This document shows, piece by piece, positions 40,619-50,395 of a DNA stretch of 64,000 nucleotides; within the stretch, counting starts at the first letter, position 1, and each line of letters begins with the position of its first letter. Source of the stretch: Promethearchaeia archaeon (GTDB taxonomy: Archaea > Asgardarchaeota > Lokiarchaeia > Sigyniarchaeales > SOKP01); NCBI GenBank assembly GCA_046483985.1, contig JAWOCD010000039.1, forward strand, positions 32,001 through 96,000, in the 5' to 3' direction. A program made the position numbers and the translations under genes. Under the pieces are notes generated by a model that was not told the DNA's origin, searched no databases, and worked only from the letters and a program-made list of their open reading frames with translations.

Positions 40619-41284
40619 ATGTTTGAACAATATCTGGTTATATTTGACATGGATGGTGTGCTTGCCGATACGGGTCCCATCCATTTTGAGAGTTGGAAAA
40701 AAATGGCGAAAGAACAAGGTGCAGAATTCACAAAAGACTTTTTTGAGGAGACATTCGGGCAACAAGCGGTCACTATTACGAGAAAATTATTAGGTGATGA
40801 TTATAGTGACGATGAAATCGAGCGATTAGCAGACTTAAAAGAACAATATTACCGGGACATGGTTCGAGGGGAATTGGAGCCCTTAGCTGGCGTGATGGAC
40901 CTTATTAAACAACTCGATCAAAAAGGTGTGAATTTAGGGGTAGGTTCCAGCGGAGCTGAAGCCAATGTTGATTTACTTTTAACGACCCTCAACATCAAAG
41001 ACTATTTTGATGTGATCGTTACGGCAGAGGATGTGGAGGAGGGAAAACCCGAGCCGGGTGTATTTCTTAAAGCAGCTCGAGAAGTTTCCGTAGCACCGCG
41101 TAATACGATAGTTATAGAGGATGCACCGGTTGGAATTGAAGCCGCACGGAGGGCTGGAATGAAGACTATCGCCTTGATGACAACGCATAATCGGAAAAAT
41201 CTCATCGAAGCCGATTTAATTGTGGAGAACCTGAAATATATCGATATTGAGGATATTCTTGAATTAGTAAATTTGGATATTTGA
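40619..41284 (+). CDS. HAD phosphatase (beta-phosphoglucomutase-like)
   Basis: IFDMDGVLADT, SSG, GKPEPGVF, IEDAPVGIEAA. Confidence 0.9.
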   Translation: MFEQYLVIFDMDGVLADTGPIHFESWKKMAKEQGAEFTKDFFEETFGQQAVTITRKLLGDDYSDDEIERLADLKEQYYRDMVRGELEPLAGVMDLIKQLDQKGVNLGVGSSGAEANVDLLLTTLNIKDYFDVIVTAEDVEEGKPEPGVFLKAAREVSVAPRNTIVIEDAPVGIEAARRAGMKTIALMTTHNRKNLIEADLIVENLKYIDIEDILELVNLDI

Positions 41285-41327
41285 CCGATCATTAACTTAA
41301 AATAAAATAATTAACTCAAGAGAACGG

Positions 41328-42008
41328 ATGGAAATGACGCTTATATTTCTGTGTTTGGGAAATTCACTCACAGCGGGTTATCCAGGATTTTCACCGAGCG
41401 AAGATGGTATTTCGGCAGGCTCCGGAAATGTGCGTTCCCAATACGAATTCTGGCTGAAAAAATATTGTTTGGATTATTTGGAGAAAAATTTAGGATCTCT
41501 GGATGACGAGCTTATCGAGGGGCTAATATTTATTAACAAAGGAGTACCAGGTGAGTTGACGGGCCAGTTTTTATCCCGTGTAGATTCGGATCTTATAAAC
41601 CTCGAACCAGAGCCAGATTATTCCATTATACTTGGAGGGACCAACGATTTAGGCTGGGGAATTTCGTTAGAGAACATTTTACAGAATGTTCAAGATCTGC
41701 ATGATATCTCACGACAGCAACGTATCCCTTCAATGGGAGGAACAATCCCGCCGATCCTTGATGATATATCCAGTCCCGATTACCACTCCCGGAAAATGGA
41801 AATGAATGAGTTACTAACCTCTTATTACGAAAAAAATGATATTCCGTTCGCGGATTTATACCACGGAATGGCCGATGAGGAGGGAAATTTAAAAGAAGAA
41901 TATGCTTATGCGGATGGACTCCATTTTTCTGTGGAAGGCTATAAGCAAATGGGAAAGGTTATCTTTAAGGATTTAATCAAGGATCTCCTTCCAAAAGAAT
42001 ATTTCTAA
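41328..42008 (+). CDS. SGNH/GDSL hydrolase
   Basis: LGNSLTAG, NKGVPG, LGGTND, DGLH blocks. Confidence 0.9.
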   Translation: MEMTLIFLCLGNSLTAGYPGFSPSEDGISAGSGNVRSQYEFWLKKYCLDYLEKNLGSLDDELIEGLIFINKGVPGELTGQFLSRVDSDLINLEPEPDYSIILGGTNDLGWGISLENILQNVQDLHDISRQQRIPSMGGTIPPILDDISSPDYHSRKMEMNELLTSYYEKNDIPFADLYHGMADEEGNLKEEYAYADGLHFSVEGYKQMGKVIFKDLIKDLLPKEYF

Positions 42009-42031
42009 TATCTTGTTTATTTCCGTTCCGT

Positions 42032-43141
42032 TTAAGTTATCCGAATGGTCTGATCGCATTTTTGATTAATCACATCCTCACCGATATCAGCAACTCGCTC
42101 GGCTAATTCGGTGATTTTCCAATGTTCATATCCCTTTACATAGGTATTAAATCTGTTTTGGAGAGGTGATTTCCATTTATTTGGAATCTCTTGATCTCCT
42201 AATTTTGCTCCCAGTAATGCTCCAATATTTCCGCAATTACAATCCGTATCTAAGCCCATCATGGCTGCTATGCAGACACTCCTACCTAACGGATCTTCCG
42301 TGTCCTTAGAACCGTACAAGAGCGATAATATAATTATCCCGATATTTGGGAGAACATGCACGCCTGAGATGATTCTGTTTAAAAATTTAATTCGCCGATT
42401 GCTCAAAAGTGATAACCCTTGTTTCAGCTTGGTTTTTCTGACTTGATGCCAATAATTAATTAATTCCTTCCTTGCATCACGAAAATTTTCGGGATATTTT
42501 TTATATATCTTTTGGGCCTTTAACACCATTTGAGTAAATAGACTTTCCTCGGCCGAGGGTAAATATTCTAGGGACTTTTCTATATTTTTCCGTATATCAT
42601 CAATAAAAAAGGCGTGTGAAATCATAACCGCAATATATACCTCTCCTTGTATCCCTATGCCAGTATGGGAAATGCTTCCATCCATTTCGGCATATTTTTT
42701 CGCCATTTCTGGACAACCTGGTGTTATTTGTCCCCAGATATCAGCTCGCATTTGCGCGCCAATTGCATCATAATAATAATTTTCATGAGTGCCTGATTCT
42801 GGGGGCCATAATTCCTCTTCTCGTAAATTTTTTAAGGTAATCTTTTCTGCGGTGAAATTTTGCTTATATAATCGATTTTTCCAAACCTTTGCTATTTCTT
42901 TTGCCGTAAGATCGGGACCATACTCTTCTAACGCTATTAAGGCGCAGATCTCATACATCTCATCATCGTTGACATAGTCGTGGTCTATTTCTTTTGGGTA
43001 ATATTTGAGTTCCCCGTATTTCCTTTTAATATAGCAATAAGGACGGAACTCCAAGGGATATCCTACAAAATCGCCAATAATTCTGCCGTACCATGAACCT
43101 AAAACTCGATGTGTATAATTTTCAAAGGAAATCTCTTTCAT
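42032..43141 (-). CDS. ADP-ribosylglycohydrolase family protein
   Basis: IIGDFVGYPLE, NDD, IGAQMRAD, GLDTDCN motifs. Confidence 0.88.
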   Translation of the reverse strand: MKEISFENYTHRVLGSWYGRIIGDFVGYPLEFRPYCYIKRKYGELKYYPKEIDHDYVNDDEMYEICALIALEEYGPDLTAKEIAKVWKNRLYKQNFTAEKITLKNLREEELWPPESGTHENYYYDAIGAQMRADIWGQITPGCPEMAKKYAEMDGSISHTGIGIQGEVYIAVMISHAFFIDDIRKNIEKSLEYLPSAEESLFTQMVLKAQKIYKKYPENFRDARKELINYWHQVRKTKLKQGLSLLSNRRIKFLNRIISGVHVLPNIGIIILSLLYGSKDTEDPLGRSVCIAAMMGLDTDCNCGNIGALLGAKLGDQEIPNKWKSPLQNRFNTYVKGYEHWKITELAERVADIGEDVINQKCDQTIRIT

Positions 43142-43234
43142 AATTACAAAATAAACAATAATTTTTATAAAAATAAACTAAAAAATAGTTGATAATTGAA
43201 GTCGAAAATTCCCCGTTAAATTTTGGGATTTAGT

Positions 43235-43525
43235 TTACCCGGTAAAATCTGCTCTGGAACCCATTAATGTGGTGGTATCTTCGATCCATTGTCCCATATC
43301 TTCATCGACTCGGCAATATGTTACGATTTTATCCAAATCTTGTAATTTTGTGAATCGACATTCGACGATTAAGTCCCAACCCCCATATACGGGAGTTGCA
43401 TAGTCTACTTGCCATTCTTCTCCTTCCTCGGTTGATTTAAGCCCACGAAGTTTATCGACAATGTCCCATTCTTTCCCAATTGTTCGCAGCCGGATTAAAA
43501 TATAGCCTCTATAGTAAGAAGTCAA
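43235..43525 (-). CDS. Stand-alone Lrp/AsnC ligand-binding (RAM) domain protein
   Basis: GYILI...VYGGWDLIV..IEDTTTL pattern; no HTH. Confidence 0.72.
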   Translation of the reverse strand: MTSYYRGYILIRLRTIGKEWDIVDKLRGLKSTEEGEEWQVDYATPVYGGWDLIVECRFTKLQDLDKIVTYCRVDEDMGQWIEDTTTLMGSRADFTG

Positions 43526-43665
43526 CTTTATTTACACCTTATGAGTATTATTTATAATTCCTTATTATATCCTAATTAAGGAATATATTTAATGTGATTT
43601 ATTTATAGTTTGTTATGCCATAGGAACTTTTTTCATTACATTTTCAAGTTTTAATTTTTCAATAA

Positions 43666-43842
43666 ATCTACTTTGTTAAAGTTAATTCTCGTATTAAATT
43701 TTTTCAAAGATCTGATGACCAGAGAAATTTGAAACAAGACTATGCCTATCTTGACGGATTTCATTTTTCTGGAGTAGGGTATAATAAAATGTTGGAAGTC
43801 CTCTTTCAAAATGTAATAAGGAGAATCATCCAAGAATCTTAA
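43666..43842 (+). pseudogene. 3'-end stub of an SGNH hydrolase paralogue
   Basis: SDDQRNLKQDYAYLDGFHFSGVGYNKMLEVLFQNVI aligns with ADEEGNLKEEYAYADGLHFSVEGYKQMGKVIFKDLI of the 41328 gene. Confidence 0.78.
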
Positions 43843-43847
43843 TTTGA

Positions 43848-44048
43848 CTCAAATTTGAGTTAAAAGAGTCTTCTCTGAATTTTTTGGAGTTCCATAAACT
43901 TAAATTTGGCTTAGGTTTTACGAAAGGATTTTCACTTCTCTCCTTTTTAGCTTTATCGGTTATTCCGGAAATCTGATTAACAGATAAAGGATTGATTGAT
44001 TTAACGGATGATTTATCCCAGCGTGTTGAATATGAAAACTTGCAATAA
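43848..44048 (+). pseudogene. 3'-end stub of adenine deaminase
   Basis: FSLLSFLALSVIPEI*LTDKGLID matches the LSFLALPVIPE(L/I)(R/K)LTDKGL.D C-terminal motif; internal TGA at 43974. Confidence 0.72.
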
Positions 44049-44116
44049 AATATTTTTAAATTTTAATATTAATTATTAATATTGATAATTAATTAAATTA
44101 GAAATGTGAAACATAA

Positions 44117-44815
44117 ATGGCTACTAAGATTAGATCTCTTGGAAATGCTTGTCTGGAGTTGATTGATAAAGATGATCACTTGATTTTTAATCCTAACTAC
44201 ATTATTTCCCCCGAAAAGGGGATAAATCACCTTTTTCTCACGGACATTGATCCCAACCACCTCAACCTTGAAAAAATAAATGAAATCAAGAAAAAGTTTT
44301 CCAGAAGAATTGAATTAAACGAAGAAGCGGAGGATGAGGACGAAGAAGCGGAAGAAGAGGAGGATGAAATGGAATTGGATCTAATTATCTATGGACCTGA
44401 AACCGTTAAAAAAGAAACCGAACTGGAAATTGAGGTTCTAAAAAGGAATAAAGAAATAATAAAATTAAAAGATTTTCAAGTAGAAGCCCATCAAGTAGAA
44501 TGTTTTAATACCGAGGCTTGTATCTCTTATATCATAAGAAGAGGTGATATTACAATCTTGTTTTCTGGTAATACGTCAAAATTTTCAAAAAACCTTAGAC
44601 AATTAAATGAAAAAATAGATTACTGTTTTATTCCCAGTATCGAAGAATTTTTTGATCATTATCTGGATTTTATTAAAGAAGTATCTCCCAGAGTGATCTT
44701 CCCGCATCATTTTAAAACAGGAGAAGAAGAAAAAGCAAAAAATCTTGTTAAAATTATTAGAGAAGAAGGCTTTGAAGCGCAATTTTTAGAAATAGGTGAC
44801 GAATTCGAATTTTAG
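44117..44815 (+). CDS. Degenerate metallo-beta-lactamase-fold protein with acidic insertion
   Basis: IRSLGNAC, FNPN, LTDIDPNH, FSGNT, IFPHHF map onto the short MBL-fold pattern with most ligands replaced. Confidence 0.65.
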   Translation: MATKIRSLGNACLELIDKDDHLIFNPNYIISPEKGINHLFLTDIDPNHLNLEKINEIKKKFSRRIELNEEAEDEDEEAEEEEDEMELDLIIYGPETVKKETELEIEVLKRNKEIIKLKDFQVEAHQVECFNTEACISYIIRRGDITILFSGNTSKFSKNLRQLNEKIDYCFIPSIEEFFDHYLDFIKEVSPRVIFPHHFKTGEEEKAKNLVKIIREEGFEAQFLEIGDEFEF

Positions 44816-44838
44816 TTTTCTCTTATTTTATGTATTAT

Positions 44839-45720
44839 TTAATAATCCTCTTCATCAGAAATTAATAATTGCTTTTCCGGGTTTTCATTTTTTTTCTTGT
44901 CACTTCCTACTCTTTGTATAAGCGTGGGGGTTCTGATTTCCACGCCGTAGTTTTTACATGAAAGAAAGACCGCTTTTCGTAAATCATAATCAAAATTTGG
45001 GATAATTTTGCTGTTGTTAATATAGACCAGGAGACGGTAGATGATGGCATAGTCATCAAATTCATATAGTTCGACTCTCGGTTCGGGGAATTGTAGGATA
45101 TTATTAAATCCTTCCGCCGCTTCTAATAAAGCCTTTTCTACTTTGTCGGGATCCGTATCATAATCCGCTGTTATTTTCACTTCTCTACGGAGCACTTTAT
45201 TTTTTCCGTAATTTTCAATCTCTTTCTTTAGCATTTTCTGATTTGGAACCGTTATGGTGACTCCATTAATATCTTCTAAGATGGTAAACATTAATTTTAT
45301 TTTAATAATGTCGGCTAATTTTCCGATAAACATGATCCTATCTCCCACTTCAAAGGGTTTGCCGGTCATTATGATAAGTCCCGCGATGAGATTACCGAGC
45401 GTATTAATCGAAGCAAAACCTATAATTGTTCCTCCCGCAGCCGTCAAAATACCAGCTAGAAATCCGAAAGTCTCGCCAAATTGAATGGATATAACTATAA
45501 AATCTATAGTGATAATTAATATTTGTATTAAGCTTATAAGATTTTTAGCTGTATTCTTGATAATAAATCCTTTTTTTGCTAACCGCTGAATACTGTTCTT
45601 GATTATAAGATAAATTACATAACTAATTAAAAGAGTGGCAATTGAGACTCCAAATGGTAAAATATTAATTGTGAACCAATCAGCTATGTCTTCCAAAATT
45701 GTTTGTGCTAAAATCTTCAA
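44839..45720 (-). CDS. Small-conductance mechanosensitive channel (MscS family)
   Basis: IGFAS..TLGNLIAG, KPFEVGDRI, ITVPN motifs. Confidence 0.9.
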   Translation of the reverse strand: MKILAQTILEDIADWFTINILPFGVSIATLLISYVIYLIIKNSIQRLAKKGFIIKNTAKNLISLIQILIITIDFIVISIQFGETFGFLAGILTAAGGTIIGFASINTLGNLIAGLIIMTGKPFEVGDRIMFIGKLADIIKIKLMFTILEDINGVTITVPNQKMLKKEIENYGKNKVLRREVKITADYDTDPDKVEKALLEAAEGFNNILQFPEPRVELYEFDDYAIIYRLLVYINNSKIIPNFDYDLRKAVFLSCKNYGVEIRTPTLIQRVGSDKKKNENPEKQLLISDEEDY

Positions 45721-45758
45721 TCAACTCTTTTTTGATAAAACTTATATTAAAAAATATA

Positions 45759-45938
45759 CTAAATTTTCCTTTGGTCAAAATTATGGGGTTCTGAAATTTG
45801 GAGTTTTTGGAATTCGTAACCGCACATTGGACATTTTAGATTTTTGCCGTGCTGTAAATCGGGAGATTTGATTTTTATTTTACACGGGTAACCACACGCA
45901 GGGCACGTAACGGTCAAATGATTCTTATTTTTTTCCAT
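45759..45938 (-). CDS. Small CPxCG-type zinc-finger protein (59 aa)
   Basis: MEKNKNHLTVTCPACGYPCKIKIKSPDLQHGKNLKCPMCGYEF...; two CPxCG motifs; below the ORF-track cutoff. Confidence 0.8.
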   Translation of the reverse strand: MEKNKNHLTVTCPACGYPCKIKIKSPDLQHGKNLKCPMCGYEFQKLQISEPHNFDQRKI

Positions 45939-45993
45939 TTTACTTCTTAAATATGAAATATTATTTCCTAAATTTAATTTTGATCATTAAATT

Positions 45994-46461
45994 CTAAAAA
46001 GAGATAATAGAGCATAAGCCCGGGATCTTATTTTTAAAAGTGTAATTTTTAAATATTTGAAAAAAATCATCAATTAAGTGTACAGAAATAATTGCAATCA
46101 TTGGTGAGATAAATGTCAACGAAAGATTTAACATTGTTAAAAGATATTGGTGTGAAAGAAGTTGAAAAATTAGAAACCATAGAGGTAAAAACGATAGAAA
46201 AACTGGCAAATGCAAATCCAGATGACCTTATTGCAGTAAATCTAAATTGTTGAGATATTGTTCTAAATACGGCACAAAACCTTCTGGAATAAAGAACAAA
46301 AGTGATTCGAATTGATCTTTGTTAAGTTTTACCTTTTTTTGGTCTGTGAGAAGATTCAACATCTTGAGTACATCCGCTTCGTCCACTTCCAAGATGGATG
46401 CAATTTCTTCACTTTCAAAATTTCCTTTTTTTGACAGCATTAGTAATATGCTATTCTTCAT
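45994..46461 (-). pseudogene. wHTH-like ORF (46228-46461) in frame with a hydrophobic ORF (45994-46215) across one TAA; possible disrupted membrane regulator
   Basis: ...LLQ*GHLDLHLPVF... in a single frame; SEEIASILEVDEADVLKML HTH-like segment. Confidence 0.4.
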
Positions 46462-46565
46462 TACAAATCGGATTTAAAGAATGTGATTTATTCACAATCA
46501 AATAATTTGAAGTATTATTCTAAATTATATGCTTATGTAGTTTTTAAAAAAGGTTGTTTGATTAT

Positions 46566-48326
46566 ATGGATAATGAAGAAATTGAGAAGATACTCTGGAT
46601 TAATGGTCTAAAAAACGCATTCGAATTTGAAGGAGAAGCCGATAAAAATTCGGTGATGGGGAAATTAATGGCGGAAAGAGAGGATTTACGACCACAAGCT
46701 AAGAAAATACTCCCTCTTTTAGACCGAATCATTCAAGAGATTAATGAATTATCTGTGGAAGAACAAAAAAAGAGACTATTGGAATTAGACCCTTCTGCGT
46801 TGGAAGAGGAGGAGTCCACGGAAGAAGATAAAGAATTACCTGAACTTCCGAATGTAGATAAATATGATAAAATCGTAATGCGCTTAGCACCGTATCCCAG
46901 TGGAGCCCTTCATATCGGAAATGCCCGTATGATCGTCTTAAATAATCGATATGTCGAAAAATACGCTGGAGAATTGATTTTGTTCTTTGACGACACCATT
47001 GGAAGTCCAAAATCTCTTAGAGATAACCCAAGAGCGAAATATGTGTTGCCCGAATCATACGAGATGATAAAAGAGGGTTTGGATTGGTTAGGCGTTAAAT
47101 ATTCAAAAGTGTATTATAAAAGCGACCGGTTGGAACGGTTTTATGAGTATTGCGAACGTTTAATAAAAGATGGAATGGCTTATGTCTGTAAATGCTCTGC
47201 CGGGGAATTCCGTGAAAAATACAAAAAACAAAAGAAAGAATGCCCCCATCGTGATTTCTCCATTGAAAAGAACTTGAAAGAATGGAAAAAAATGCTCGAT
47301 GGCACTTATGAAGAGATGGAAGCAGTAGTGAGGCTGAAAACGGGGATGGATCAAAAGGATCCCGCCTTACGAGACCAAATCATTATGAGAATTTCCGAAG
47401 CAGAACATCCACGCGTTGGCGCAAAATATCGTGTGTGGCCAATGCTGGAATTCTCTTGGGCAATCGATGATCATCTCATTGGGGTGACGCATATCTTACG
47501 TGGATCTGATTTGATAAAGGAAGATTTTATCGAGGAATTTGTTTGGGACCATTTTGGTTGGAAAAAAGCAGAATTCTTGCATTACGGAAGAATAAATTTT
47601 CCAAATATGAAATTAAGTAAGACCACTACTCGCAACAAAATACAGAAAGGGAAATATGAGGGGTGGGACGACCCGAGAACATGGTCTTTACAATCACTTC
47701 GAAAACGGGGCATCCGTCCTAAGGCATTGGAAGAAGCACTCTTAGACTTAGGAATGTCTCTTTCAGGGGTGACATTTTCTGTGAACTGGCTATATTCAAA
47801 AAACCAAGATATCATTGATAATATTTCTAATCGCTATTTTTATGTTGAGGACCCGATTTGTTTAATCATTGAAAATGTGCCTTTTGAAAGTATTATTGCA
47901 GAGCCTTTATTATTGCCCACAAAACCGGAAAAAGGGCGAAGAACAATCAAGGTAGAAGCCACTGAGGGTAAAACAAAAGTTTGGATTCCACGCAAGGACG
48001 CTCAAAAGTTCGAAAAAGGATTAATTGTTCGCCTAAAGGATTTAATAAATTTTAAAGTGCTATTAGTCAACTTAGATGAGAATGTAATCAGAGGGACATT
48101 TCATAGCGAGGGATTAAACCGAGAATATAAGATTATTCATTGGGTGCCATATAATAAAAATTTACCCGTTATAGTGATAAAACCAGACGGATCGAGGAAA
48201 AAAGGCTATGGAGAGATGAACTTAAAGGAGGTCCCGCTCAAAGAGTCAATTCAGTTTGAACGATATGGCTTTGTTAATCCCTACAGATTTAAAGAGGATA
48301 AGTTAATCTGTTATTTCACCCATTAA
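46566..48326 (+). CDS. gltX: Glutamate--tRNA ligase, archaeal type
   Basis: RLAPYPSGALHIGN, DDHLIGVTHILRG, LSKT, WDDPRT, QFERYGF. Confidence 0.96.
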   Translation: MDNEEIEKILWINGLKNAFEFEGEADKNSVMGKLMAEREDLRPQAKKILPLLDRIIQEINELSVEEQKKRLLELDPSALEEEESTEEDKELPELPNVDKYDKIVMRLAPYPSGALHIGNARMIVLNNRYVEKYAGELILFFDDTIGSPKSLRDNPRAKYVLPESYEMIKEGLDWLGVKYSKVYYKSDRLERFYEYCERLIKDGMAYVCKCSAGEFREKYKKQKKECPHRDFSIEKNLKEWKKMLDGTYEEMEAVVRLKTGMDQKDPALRDQIIMRISEAEHPRVGAKYRVWPMLEFSWAIDDHLIGVTHILRGSDLIKEDFIEEFVWDHFGWKKAEFLHYGRINFPNMKLSKTTTRNKIQKGKYEGWDDPRTWSLQSLRKRGIRPKALEEALLDLGMSLSGVTFSVNWLYSKNQDIIDNISNRYFYVEDPICLIIENVPFESIIAEPLLLPTKPEKGRRTIKVEATEGKTKVWIPRKDAQKFEKGLIVRLKDLINFKVLLVNLDENVIRGTFHSEGLNREYKIIHWVPYNKNLPVIVIKPDGSRKKGYGEMNLKEVPLKESIQFERYGFVNPYRFKEDKLICYFTH

Positions 48327-48485
48327 TTAAACCATCTCTTTTTTCCATATTTGATAATTTTTAAATAACGACAAATCAAAATATTTTGATAAGATTTGCT
48401 TACATTCATCCTTTTATTAAATAAAGAAAATTATATTTTATTTAACAAAGAAAACGAAAAAATAACATATTGGAGACTTTTTAGT

Positions 48486-50327
48486 TTGGTTTCTCATTTA
48501 CCTTGTATTAAATGTGGATCAAAATTAAGTATTGTAGAGGGTTCTTTAGTTAATTGTTTCAGTTGTGGTACCAAAAATACCTATAGTGAATCTTTAGATT
48601 TACTGAATAATTACCTTATGGAAATCTTAACTATATCCTCTATTAAAAAAATAGAAAAAGAAGAGATTACCGATAAAATAATCCAGTTAAGAAAAAAGTC
48701 ATTAGAGATATACTTTCATGAATTGAATTCTAAATATTATGGGTGTAAAAATTTAATAAAATCTAAGCTCGATAAGGAAGATATTGAAAAGGATAAATTA
48801 TTGGAATTAATTCGAGCATGTGGAACCTTTAATCTTATTATTTCTCAATATTTACTGCCCCATTTAGAGAATGGAGTTTCAAAGAGAAGATTTGAAGATA
48901 TGGAAATATTTTCTTATATTTTTCATAAAGCGCTCTTAGGCCTTTATTTTACTGCAGAAGCAAGAACGAACTTCGAATATGAGCGATGTAAAGAAAATTA
49001 TAATTACGCAAAACGGAATTATAAGGAAGGAGAGGAATTTTTATCCAGTAAACTTGGCGATCAAGAGCAGTCAGAATTCAAAAGGTATTCTATGTTATTT
49101 TCGATTCTTTCACAATTAACAGAGATATTGAAAACTATTTTAAATGAAAATCCGAGCTATTATACTGAAGATTTAGAAAATTTGATTAGTCAAATTGATT
49201 CTATTAAGGAAAAAAATATTCAGATTTCCAATTTACGTTCTCAAATTAACGAAATTTATAATCTTGTAAGGGAAGCTCCCTTAATTCTAGAGGAAATAAG
49301 AGTTGCAGATATATTTTCTCTTTTAGACCCACTTGATGACAACCTCGTTTATCAATCACAAGAAGTATTAGAAAAAGTGGAAAGAATCAAAAATTGGATT
49401 GAAGATTCCACAGATCGATATCAAGATATCCAAAAAAAGCTCCTTAGCCTTCATTCTGGAAAGTTTATCAAATATCTTAAAACATACCGTCAAGAATTTG
49501 ATACTCGAAGAAATAACAACATAGAACAGTTTGATGAGCTCTTAGATAAGGTCATCAGCCGATCAATTGGGGATTATAATATGGAAACCATTGAAATTTT
49601 GGATATTTTATCTGACTTTATCCAGAAATCCGATGCGTCAGAAGAGTCGATTATTAAGAGATTTGAAATTGAGCATGATGATTTGGTAAAGTTTGATGAA
49701 ACTCTAAAAAATTTGGTCATTGAGTTATTTAAAAAATCTTATCGCACAGATCTGGAATCGGAATATTATAAAGACTTAATATCAATGATTTCTGATAAAC
49801 ATTCCGAGTTTGACAGGTATATATTAAAATTTATAAATTCTTTATTACGTCAATTTGAGAAAAACCGAAATGAGGAGAAACTATCAATTGAGGAACAGAG
49901 AAATCGCTTTGTAGTTGATTTACGACCCAAAGTGATGAAATGTATCAATGCAAGTTTCACGCTTGATGAGAGTTTGATTCCGTATCCTCTTTTTTTGGAA
50001 TTAATTATTTTATCAAGACAACTTACCGTTGGCGAACCCGAAAAGATCACTTTGCTGATGGAAAATCCCAGCTCGACAGATTTTAAGAATGTAAATATCA
50101 CATTTTTTGCTCCTAATTCGTTTAAATCCAGATTGCGATTTGCCCAAATGAAAAAAATTAAAGCTAATGAAGGTGTAAAAGTCGAAACGGAGGTTGTCCC
50201 TACGGAGAAAGGAGTATATCATTTCATGGCAATGGTGGAATATACTACGAAATCAACAAATGAAATGTTTTGGATGCCCTCCATCAAAATTGAATTAGAA
50301 GTAGAGGATACATTGCAACTCTCTTAA
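48486..50327 (+). CDS. Hypothetical protein: N-terminal C4 zinc finger, long helical region, C-terminal Ig-like beta domain
   Basis: CIKCG..CFSCG; helical core; LTVGEP..ITLLMENPS..V.PTEKGVY.F...VEY beta-sandwich pattern. Probable TTG start 48486 (track 48396). Confidence 0.72.
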   Translation: MVSHLPCIKCGSKLSIVEGSLVNCFSCGTKNTYSESLDLLNNYLMEILTISSIKKIEKEEITDKIIQLRKKSLEIYFHELNSKYYGCKNLIKSKLDKEDIEKDKLLELIRACGTFNLIISQYLLPHLENGVSKRRFEDMEIFSYIFHKALLGLYFTAEARTNFEYERCKENYNYAKRNYKEGEEFLSSKLGDQEQSEFKRYSMLFSILSQLTEILKTILNENPSYYTEDLENLISQIDSIKEKNIQISNLRSQINEIYNLVREAPLILEEIRVADIFSLLDPLDDNLVYQSQEVLEKVERIKNWIEDSTDRYQDIQKKLLSLHSGKFIKYLKTYRQEFDTRRNNNIEQFDELLDKVISRSIGDYNMETIEILDILSDFIQKSDASEESIIKRFEIEHDDLVKFDETLKNLVIELFKKSYRTDLESEYYKDLISMISDKHSEFDRYILKFINSLLRQFEKNRNEEKLSIEEQRNRFVVDLRPKVMKCINASFTLDESLIPYPLFLELIILSRQLTVGEPEKITLLMENPSSTDFKNVNITFFAPNSFKSRLRFAQMKKIKANEGVKVETEVVPTEKGVYHFMAMVEYTTKSTNEMFWMPSIKIELEVEDTLQLS

Positions 50328-50395
50328 ATTAGAATTTATTTATAAAAGGAAATCTAAAATTATTAGTATTTGAATTGATTCTCAATATTTAGAAT

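Noticed and set aside
43974-43976. In-frame TGA in the adenine deaminase stub (and in the sulfatase-like stub) as possible selenocysteine
   Set aside because: The positions correspond to non-Cys residues (Arg/Lys in the deaminase motif), the frames lack starts and gene bodies, and no SECIS-like hairpin was recognised
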